In this document: positions 57,209 through 64,000 of the stretch, one piece after another | Numbering within the stretch: the first letter of the stretch is position 1 | Layout: each line of letters starts with the position of its first letter | Assembly: GCA_002342365.1 (NCBI GenBank) | Contig: DDPV01000049.1 | Span: 4,608-68,607 of the forward strand | Direction: 5' to 3' | DNA from: Burkholderiales bacterium UBA2459 | GTDB taxonomy: Bacteria; Pseudomonadota; Gammaproteobacteria; Burkholderiales; Burkholderiaceae_E | Length of the DNA: 64,000 bases | The notes under the pieces: generated by a model | The model's database searches: none | The model's input: the letters and a program-made list of their open reading frames with translations, nothing else | What the model was told of the DNA's origin: nothing | Program-made: the position numbers and the translations under genes

Positions 57209-59166
57209 CGGATGTCTCCAGGGTTGGATGTATCTGGCTGCGCGGCTTCAATGGCCTGCTGCAGTATCGACAGCTCGCCAATGTGGTTGGCCAGTATAAG
57301 CAAAAGTCTTGCGTTGAACGCGGCGGAGGCTTCATCGCTGAGATCGCGATGCGCCTGCAACAGCAGGTCATAAAAGCGATCATTAGCCTGATAGTCGCGC
57401 AGCAGCGGGGTATCGAGGTCCCTGAAATTGGGTGTGAGGGTGAGCGAAGCTACCGCTTTGTCGATCCTGCTTGCGTCAGGCACAAGGCCTTGGTCGCATA
57501 CGGCCTGCTCGGAGGTCACAGCGGCTTGCGCATAGGCAAGCTTGAGCGCTTGAAAATCAAGTTTGCGAAAACGCGCTGCAAGATGCTGATCGGGTCTGAT
57601 CAGCCAAACACATCCGGCACTCAGACCGAATCGTTGCACCACCACCGGAGCCTGATCCGGCTGCGCACGTTCTTGCTCGTGAAGATTCAGTGCAATGAGC
57701 TTCAAACCCTCGTCCCGGATCCATTGCTGCATGGCTTCTGAGTGCAAGATGCCGTCGCATTGTGCGTCGCCCGTGAGGTAGAGCAGGGTAAAGCGGCCAT
57801 CGAGCTGGCGCAGCAACCAGTCCGGCTTTCCCTCAACAACAATCGGCGCGTCGCTCATGGGCGAGCCCGGATAGAGCGCGCTTTGAAAGTCTTCATGATC
57901 GGCTGTGTTCAGGGACGAATCGAGATAGTGGGTTGGTAGCGATAATCGTCCCGAGTTGACCATGCTTCGCGCAAAGGCATAACGATCGGCCAGGTTCAAA
58001 ACCGCATTACGAAAAACACGACTTGTGGGCGATTTGGGTGTAATAAAATCTGTCGATCGTGTGGAATTCAGAATGTTCTCATCGGCAGCACAAATCCGCT
58101 CTTGATTGAAGCTATCCAGCAAGCTTTCATGCGATTGTCCCTTGATCACACGCGCAAGTTTCCAGACCAGGTTATCAGCATCCTGAATCCCCGAATTCGC
58201 GCCGCGTGCCCCAAAGGGCGAAACCTGATGCGCCGCATCGCCAAGGAAAAAAATCGGTCCGTGGCGAAAGCTCTGCATGCGGCAGCACTGAAAGGTATAC
58301 ACCGATACCCATTCAAGTTCGAAGTGGTGCTGCTCGCCCAGCATTGCCTGGATTCTTGGAATGACACGCTCGGCTTGCTTTTCTGCTTCCGGATCTGCAT
58401 CCCAGCCGAGCTGAAAGTCAATTCGCCAAAGCTTGTCAGCCTGGCGATGGAGCAGGACCGACTGATTCGGGTGAAAGGGCGGGTCGAACCAAAACCAGCG
58501 CTCAGCCGGAAAATCGGCCTGCATCACCACGTCCGCAATCAGGAAGCGATCGGTAAACACGCGGCCTTCGACATCCAGGCCTAGCATGCTTCGAATCGAG
58601 CTTCGAGCCCCGTCGGCCACGATCAGCCAGGATGCACGGATTTCATAACAACCATCCGGACTTTCCACCCTGAGCCTGACCGCATCTGCTTGCGGCGTCA
58701 GATCCACTACCCGCTGGCGCCAGCGCAGTGCTACCTGAGCCGATGCGGCACGCTGCTGCAGGATCGCTTCAAGATGGTACTGCTGCAAGTTGATCATCGC
58801 CGGTCGCTCATGGCCTGCCTCAGCAAGCAAGTTGAAGCGATAGACTTCGCGATCCTGGAAAAAAGTTCGGCCGACCTGCCAGCTGACGCCTCGGTCGACA
58901 ACCGCCTGACCAATGTTTAAACGATCAAAAATTTCGAGCGTTCTTTTTGCATAGCAAACCGCTCTTGAGCCCACTGAAACCTTGTCGTCGTCATCGATCA
59001 ACACGCAGTCAATACCGCGTTGCTTCAAGTCGATCGCGCAGGCAAGGCCGACCGGACCTGCACCCACGATGACAACCGGATAGAGCGCCTGAGCCCTGTG
59101 CTCGGATGGTTGAAGTTCGGGGGGACAGCTGTAGTCGAAGCTGGGGTAGTGGTATGTCTTGAGCAC
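57178..59166 (-). CDS. FAD-dependent aromatic-ring monooxygenase (MhpA/PheA-like) with an in-frame C-terminal DUF2783-like segment
   Basis: VVIVGAGPVGLACAIDL, ADGARSSIR, FFLGDAAHQVSPFGARGANSGIQDA. GTG start 59166 after a GAGGAG RBS. The C-terminal ~70 aa (57238-57444) resemble DUF2783. Confidence 0.85.
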   Translation of the reverse strand: MLKTYHYPSFDYSCPPELQPSEHRAQALYPVVIVGAGPVGLACAIDLKQRGIDCVLIDDDDKVSVGSRAVCYAKRTLEIFDRLNIGQAVVDRGVSWQVGRTFFQDREVYRFNLLAEAGHERPAMINLQQYHLEAILQQRAASAQVALRWRQRVVDLTPQADAVRLRVESPDGCYEIRASWLIVADGARSSIRSMLGLDVEGRVFTDRFLIADVVMQADFPAERWFWFDPPFHPNQSVLLHRQADKLWRIDFQLGWDADPEAEKQAERVIPRIQAMLGEQHHFELEWVSVYTFQCCRMQSFRHGPIFFLGDAAHQVSPFGARGANSGIQDADNLVWKLARVIKGQSHESLLDSFNQERICAADENILNSTRSTDFITPKSPTSRVFRNAVLNLADRYAFARSMVNSGRLSLPTHYLDSSLNTADHEDFQSALYPGSPMSDAPIVVEGKPDWLLRQLDGRFTLLYLTGDAQCDGILHSEAMQQWIRDEGLKLIALNLHEQERAQPDQAPVVVQRFGLSAGCVWLIRPDQHLAARFRKLDFQALKLAYAQAAVTSEQAVCDQGLVPDASRIDKAVASLTLTPNFRDLDTPLLRDYQANDRFYDLLLQAHRDLSDEASAAFNARLLLILANHIGELSILQQAIEAAQPDTSNPGDIRCPRSALMTA

Positions 59167-59378
59167 GACTTTCTCCTCTGAAGGCAGCAAGCTAGCGTGA
59201 GGCCCGGCCAACAAGTGTAAAGCGCAAGGTGCAAGCGAGCTCGAAGGCTGATGAATACCGACACGCACAAGCTGCGAGCGTGGTGAGGCTAGCGCTATCA
59301 TGCAAGCAGCCGCGTCAAGCACAACCGGTCGCCCATCCAGGCCGATTGGGGTTGGTTTTGCGTGAAGGAGAAAAAATC

Positions 59379-61112
59379 ATGGCAGTTCAGCGCATGACCG
59401 GACGCGACGCTTTTTTGGCCGTTTTGGCCGACGAGGGCGTCACCCATCTTTTCGGTAATCCGGGAACAACCGAACTACCGGTTATGGAAGCGCTAGCCCA
59501 TTTCCCTCAGATACGCTATGTGCTGGGATTACAAGAGTCGCTGGTGGTTGCGATGGCAGACGGATTCAGCCGAGCCAGCGGCCAGCTCAGCGCGGTGAAC
59601 CTGCACTGTATGCCGGGGCTTGGTCATGCCATGGGTGCGATTTACGCTGCCAAGTTTTCCGGCTCGCCGATGATCATCACTGCCGGTCAGTACGAAATCG
59701 GCCATGGTTTGCAAGAGCCCTTGCTCTACGAGCCGCTTGTGCCGATCGCTCAGCCGCTGGTGAAATGGTCGTTTGAGATCCACCGGATTCAGGATATTGC
59801 GCGCGTGCTCAGGCGGGCTGCAAAAATTGCAACAACGCCGCCTTGCGGTCCGGTCTTTCTCAGTTTGCCTGGTTCGGTGCTCGATGAGGAAGCCGAAATC
59901 GACCTCATGGCTTCAACCCGTGTGCGCGCAGAAGTGGCGCCGGTCGGACGAAGTCTGCTCGAGCTTGTTGACGTGCTTGCCCGAGCCGAGCGACCGGTAA
60001 TTTTGGCGGGTCGCGAGTTGGCCGAGCAAGATGCCTTCGGCCCGGCTTGCGAGCTTGCAAGCATGCTTGGGGCAGCGGTTTACCTTGAATCGGTGCCCTA
60101 CAACAGCCGCTTTCCGGTTGAACATGTTTGTCATATGGGCGATATCACCCGCAATCAGAAAAAAGTGCGTGAAACCCTCGCCGCTTATGATGTGTTGATC
60201 TGTTTAGGCGGCGACTTGCTGCGTATGTCGGCCTACAGCGCGGTTGATCCGCTGCCTGAGGGGATAAAGCTTGTCCACATCAGCGAGCGAGATTGGGAAC
60301 TTGGCAAAAACTATCACACCGCGCTGGCGATTCGAGCCCATGTGAAATCAAGCCTTGAGCAAATCATCGCAGCACTCGCTTTGCGGCTTAGCGATGCGCA
60401 GCGCAAGGCTGCATCGCTGCGCTTGAGCGCCTTTGAGCGCGTGAACTGGCAAGCCAGGCGAGCCGATGCGGCCGCTGCAATCGAGTCCTTCCTGGCCGAA
60501 GCATCACAGGGGCAACATCAGCCAGCCGACGTGAATAAGGAGCCTAAGGTTCAGCCAGAGTCTGCTGCCTTGATCGACCCGAAGGTGATGATGTATGTTC
60601 TATCAGAAACCGTGCCAGACGATGCGCTTGTGGTTGAGGAGGCGCCAACCTCTGCCGCGTTCTTGCATCAGTTTTTGAAAGTGCGTCGCCCCTTGCAGGC
60701 CTTTGGCCTGAGCAGCGGCGGGCTTGGATTTGGCTTGCCCGGAGCAATCGGCATGGCGCTTGCGAATCCCGGCAGGCGCGTGGTTGCGCTCATTGGCGAC
60801 GGAAGCGCCATGTACGCAATTCAAGGCTTATGGACCGCAGCGCATTTACGCTTGGCGGTAAGTTTTGTGATTGCCAACAACCGAAGCTATCGAATCATCA
60901 AAGATCGATTAATTGCCATGCGCGATTCGGATCACTTTATCGGGATGGATTTCAAGGATCCCGCTTTTGATTTTTCTGCCATTGCAGCCGGCATGGGTGT
61001 GGAGGCCATTTGTATTCGAGAGGCGGGCGACCTCGCTTCGGAGTTTTCGAGGGCTTTTGGAAAACCAGGCCCGAACTTAATCGATGTTCACATCAGCTCG
61101 GGTTATGAATGA
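59379..61112 (+). CDS. Thiamine diphosphate-dependent enzyme, benzoylformate decarboxylase-like
   Basis: N-terminal PYR domain pattern FGNPGTTELP, LQESLVVAMADG, PLVKWS, GPVFLSLP. ThDP-binding motif GDGSAMYAIQGLWTAA...NN. Start at ATG 59379. Confidence 0.85.
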   Translation: MAVQRMTGRDAFLAVLADEGVTHLFGNPGTTELPVMEALAHFPQIRYVLGLQESLVVAMADGFSRASGQLSAVNLHCMPGLGHAMGAIYAAKFSGSPMIITAGQYEIGHGLQEPLLYEPLVPIAQPLVKWSFEIHRIQDIARVLRRAAKIATTPPCGPVFLSLPGSVLDEEAEIDLMASTRVRAEVAPVGRSLLELVDVLARAERPVILAGRELAEQDAFGPACELASMLGAAVYLESVPYNSRFPVEHVCHMGDITRNQKKVRETLAAYDVLICLGGDLLRMSAYSAVDPLPEGIKLVHISERDWELGKNYHTALAIRAHVKSSLEQIIAALALRLSDAQRKAASLRLSAFERVNWQARRADAAAAIESFLAEASQGQHQPADVNKEPKVQPESAALIDPKVMMYVLSETVPDDALVVEEAPTSAAFLHQFLKVRRPLQAFGLSSGGLGFGLPGAIGMALANPGRRVVALIGDGSAMYAIQGLWTAAHLRLAVSFVIANNRSYRIIKDRLIAMRDSDHFIGMDFKDPAFDFSAIAAGMGVEAICIREAGDLASEFSRAFGKPGPNLIDVHISSGYE

Positions 61113-62092
61113 GTCTGAGCACCGCTCTTTCTTCGGAGTTTTCCATGTCTTCGCCAATCAATCTTTCAAACGACGGTGCAAAGGCTGTTTATCCGATTGC
61201 GCCGACTCCCTTTGAGCCCGACGGTCAGATTGACTGGGAGTCCATGGACCGCATGACGGATTTTTATATCGATATTGGTTCTGATGGCTTGACGATTCTG
61301 GGGGTTTTGGGTGAGGCGCCCAAAATCGACGCTGAAGAATCGCTTGCGATCGTGAAGCGAATCTGCTCGCGCTTCAAGCAAGCCGTGGTGGTGGGAGTCT
61401 CTGCTCCCGGTTTTGCGTCCATGCGAACCCTGGCCCGTGCCTCGATGGATCTCGGTGCTGCAGCGGTGATGATTGCCCCGCCCAACAGCTTGCGTACCGA
61501 TGAGCAAATCGTGAACTACTACCGTCAGGCATCAGATGCAATCGGCAGCGATGTCCCCTTTGTCATTCAGGACTACCCACTGACGTTCTCGGTTCAAATG
61601 ACCCCTCGAGTCATAAGCCGGATTGTTCAGGAAAACCCCGCCTGCGTGATGCTCAAGCACGAGGACTGGCCGGGCCTGGAGAAGATTTCAAGCCTGCGCA
61701 GCTTTGAACGTGAAGGCAGCATGCGCAAGCTTGCCATTTTGTGCGGTAACGGTGGTTTGTTCCTGGATTTTGAACTTGAGCGTGGTGCTGATGGTGCCAA
61801 CACCGGTTACGCCTTTCCTGACATGTTGATCGATGTGGTTCGCCTGCATGCCAAGGGTGATCGAGATCAGGCGCATGATTTGTTTGACGCCCATTTGCCT
61901 CTTTTGCGCTATGAACAACAACCGGGTGTTGGCCTTGGCGTTCGAAAGTATGTGATGATGCGGCGAGGTATTTTGCGCTCTGACGCTCAGCGTCGACCTG
62001 CCTCAGCCCTGAGCGAAACCGCCCGTGCAGAGACCGATTATTTGTTGCAAAGACTTGCACGGACTGATCCGCGCGCAAGACTTGGCAGATAA
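61109..62092 (+). CDS. Dihydrodipicolinate synthase/N-acetylneuraminate lyase family protein (aldolase/dehydratase)
   Basis: DapA-family TIM-barrel pattern (GLTILGVLGEAP, VVVGVSA, FVIQDYP). ATGA overlap with the ThDP enzyme stop. An alternative start lies at 61145. Confidence 0.8.
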   Translation: MSLSTALSSEFSMSSPINLSNDGAKAVYPIAPTPFEPDGQIDWESMDRMTDFYIDIGSDGLTILGVLGEAPKIDAEESLAIVKRICSRFKQAVVVGVSAPGFASMRTLARASMDLGAAAVMIAPPNSLRTDEQIVNYYRQASDAIGSDVPFVIQDYPLTFSVQMTPRVISRIVQENPACVMLKHEDWPGLEKISSLRSFEREGSMRKLAILCGNGGLFLDFELERGADGANTGYAFPDMLIDVVRLHAKGDRDQAHDLFDAHLPLLRYEQQPGVGLGVRKYVMMRRGILRSDAQRRPASALSETARAETDYLLQRLARTDPRARLGR

Positions 62093-62195
62093 CGGGCAGG
62101 GCAGGATGGGCAGGTTTAGAACTGTTTCGGCTTTTGAGCGCTTGCTTGGCTCAATAGTCCACAGCCGGCGAAAGGATTCCTATGCCGATGCATGA

Positions 62196-62747
62196 ATTAT
62201 CCGTGCGCTCGACCATGCGATTGAGGGCTTGTGTTCAATCAGCCCTTCTCCCTTCATTCATGCGCTTGGTCTTGAGGCGGTTCGCTTATTGAGCCGAGGC
62301 CTTCGCCAAAGTCACCGCAACCCTGACGATTTGCAGGCGCGCCTTGAGTGTTTCCAAGGCGCTTGGCTGGCCGGAACGGGCATCATGCGGGTGCCTTTCG
62401 GGGCCAGTCACGGCATTGGCCACAGCCTGGGTGCAGTGACCGGAATGAGTCACGGTTATACATCGTGCATCATGCTTCCGCATGTGATGCGCGTGAATTA
62501 TCAAAGAACGAATACGACCCAGGTACTGATTGCCGAGGCGATGGGAAGTAAAAAAGAGGCACCCGACGCTGTGGCTGAGCTGGTGCAGGCGCTTGGTCTG
62601 CCTTCAAGACTCTCACAGCTCAGTGTCAAGCCTGAATCAATTGATGCAATCGTTGCTGGTGCGATCGATAACTTATGGGTCCGGACAAACCCTGAGCCGA
62701 TCAATGACGCCCGGCAACTTCATGAACTCTTGATCAAGGCCTGGTGA
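62196..62747 (+). pseudogene. 5'-truncated iron-containing alcohol dehydrogenase / maleylacetate-reductase-like remnant (C-terminal half only)
   Basis: The open frame starts right after an in-frame TGA (62193-62195). It encodes only the C-terminal helical domain (IRALDHAIEGLCS, GASHGIGHSLGAVTGMSHGYTSCIMLPHV). The N-terminal Rossmann half (~180 aa) is absent, and only ~100 nt separate it from the upstream gene. Confidence 0.65.
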
Positions 62748-62827
62748 GTGCGAACCAGAACGATGCGATCAAGCTGCCTGAGGCTGTCGGCTCAAAGGGA
62801 TGCTCGCAAGGGTTTTTCAGCAAGCGG

Positions 62828-63604
62828 CTAAAAAGCATCGAGAACCGTTTCCCGACTTGTTCTTCGCACATCGATCTCAAAAACCATACCCTTTACCGGC
62901 GGCCATCCGGGGTACCAGTGCAACCCCAGATGCGCAAGCCCGTACTCCTCAAAGGTACTCCATAAGACCTGGATATCCACTGGGCAGTAAATCTGCAGGG
63001 CGCTGACCGACTCCCAGCTTGCACCGACGCTTTGAACGCGTTCCATCATCACATCAAGCGTGTAGCGGGCTTTTTCGATCAGCGCCTTCGCATCGGAGGC
63101 TTCACCACCGACGATTTCAGTGCTGCCATCAGGCAGCAAGCGGTTTTCGGGCTTTCCGGCGATCACGAAGTCTGATCCGATGCTGCCGCTGACCGGGTCG
63201 GATAGGGCTTCGGTGTAGGTGAACGCATAAAGCAGAGCTGTTGATGGCTTGGAGAGCAGGGGCGCCATATTGCTCCGAGTGACCGGATATGCATCGCCTT
63301 GCTTGCAACCAAGCGCTTCGATATGTTTGAGATAGGTTTGGTTAAATGCATTGAAGTCCTCGCGGCTTTGTGGCGCCGGTGAGCGTAATTCACAGGCAGC
63401 AAGGGCCGTACCGGGTCTACCCGCACGTTGCAAATGCTCGGCGAGTCGCTCAAATCCTTCGGCCATCGGGATTGCCTGCGCAAATCGCACCCGATGCAGG
63501 CAAAACCCCTGATTTGCAATCACAGCCTCCGAAAAGGCAGCACCCGCCAAGAACTGATAATCGCCCGCTACAAAATCAAGACATGCCATCCGCTTCATCC
63601 CCAT
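62828..63604 (-). CDS. Hypothetical protein, possibly a tandem RidA/YjgF-like fold
   Basis: An intact 258-aa ORF abutting the ubiA stop. Both halves loosely resemble the RidA pattern (the second half ends GMVFEIDVR). I see no confident family assignment. Confidence 0.5.
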   Translation of the reverse strand: MGMKRMACLDFVAGDYQFLAGAAFSEAVIANQGFCLHRVRFAQAIPMAEGFERLAEHLQRAGRPGTALAACELRSPAPQSREDFNAFNQTYLKHIEALGCKQGDAYPVTRSNMAPLLSKPSTALLYAFTYTEALSDPVSGSIGSDFVIAGKPENRLLPDGSTEIVGGEASDAKALIEKARYTLDVMMERVQSVGASWESVSALQIYCPVDIQVLWSTFEEYGLAHLGLHWYPGWPPVKGMVFEIDVRRTSRETVLDAF

Positions 63605-64000
63605 TTAGCTTGCCGCCTGCGACATATACCGATCGAGCACCAGGCCGCAAAACACGGCAGCGCCAAACCAATTGTTGTGATTAAAGGCCTTGAAACAAGC
63701 GTCAACCTGTCGGTCCTTGATCAGCCAGTAATGGTAAAGCGCAATTCCTGCTGCGGCTAGCAGTCCTAGCCACCAACCCAGGCCAAGCGCGGCCAGCCGT
63801 CCTGCAAACGCCAACAGAGCAAGCGTGATGGCATAAGAGAGCATCACCATGGCGACGTCATAGCGTCCGAAGGTAATTGCCGAGGTCTTGATGCCGAGGT
63901 GGATATCGTCGCTGCGATCGACCATGGCGTATTCGGTGTCGTAGGCAATTGCCCAGAAGATGTTGGCAAGCAGCAGCACCCAGCACAGCAGGGGTAATGC
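63605..64000 (-). CDS. ubiA: 4-hydroxybenzoate polyprenyltransferase, C-terminal part (5' end outside the window)
   Basis: UbiA prenyltransferase second Asp-rich motif region (AIAYDTEYAMVDRSDDIHLGIKTSAITFG). The frame is open to the window end. Confidence 0.88.
   Translation of the reverse strand, partial: ALPLLCWVLLLANIFWAIAYDTEYAMVDRSDDIHLGIKTSAITFGRYDVAMVMLSYAITLALLAFAGRLAALGLGWWLGLLAAAGIALYHYWLIKDRQVDACFKAFNHNNWFGAAVFCGLVLDRYMSQAAS

Noticed and set aside
1-64000. Whether the accessory blocks (22-29 kb, 32-51 kb, 56-64 kb) form a genomic island or prophage.
   Set aside because: I found no integrase, transposase, tRNA attachment site, flanking direct repeats or phage structural genes. By eye I also see no obvious compositional break. 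Horizontal origin cannot be judged without computation.

Overview
A gene-dense, GC-rich chromosomal window with about 58 protein-coding genes, one clear gene remnant, and no rRNA, tRNA, CRISPR, transposase or integrase that I could recognise. Gene content and order suggest a betaproteobacterium, probably Burkholderiales-like; this is inference only.

Layout:
- 1-7.4 kb: mixed housekeeping and accessory genes (rhlE 3' part, gluQ, LysR/pirin/flavodoxin-like set, HAD phosphatase, EamA transporter, omega-aminotransferase).
- 7.4-15.4 kb: dnaE, msbA, O-antigen-ligase-like, GT2 and AhpD-like genes.
- 15.4-22.2 kb (minus strand): conserved housekeeping block rng-maf-rlmH-rsfS-nadD-hemF-purD-yebC.
- 22.3-28.9 kb: an isolated, translationally coupled secretin + CpaF/TadA-type ATPase pair. 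It converges on a Crp-like regulator + CHASE2 class III nucleotide cyclase operon, followed by a tautomerase-MATE pair.
- 28.9-31.6 kb: fused membrane/spermidine-synthase-like protein and sodB.
- 31.8-51.1 kb: a catabolic island. It holds a CoA-transferase, enoyl-CoA hydratase, FAD-linked D-2-hydroxyacid dehydrogenase-like enzyme, PanE-like reductase, SDR, thiolase-like + DUF35 pair, second omega-aminotransferase, mmsA, IlvD-family dehydratase and acyl-CoA synthetase. Interleaved with these is a dispersed molybdenum-hydroxylase gene set (XdhC, CoxG-like, MoxR/CoxD-like, 2Fe-2S small subunit, large subunit) with no FAD medium subunit.
- 51.1-55.8 kb: RutE-like reductase, MFS transporter and hybrid histidine kinase in one overlapping operon, plus a DMT transporter.
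- 55.8-63.6 kb: aromatic/hydroxy-acid type cluster (DUF3237, alpha/beta hydrolase, flavin monooxygenase fused to a DUF2783-like tail, benzoylformate-decarboxylase-like ThDP enzyme, DapA-like protein, truncated Fe-alcohol-dehydrogenase remnant, unknown 258-aa protein).
- Window end: 3' part of ubiA.

The most unusual item is the two-gene secretin/ATPase module, which lacks all other Tad/Flp components and sits next to a self-contained cyclic-nucleotide signalling pair. Nothing here is a proven new system. All functional calls rest on motif recognition in the supplied translations, not on database searches.
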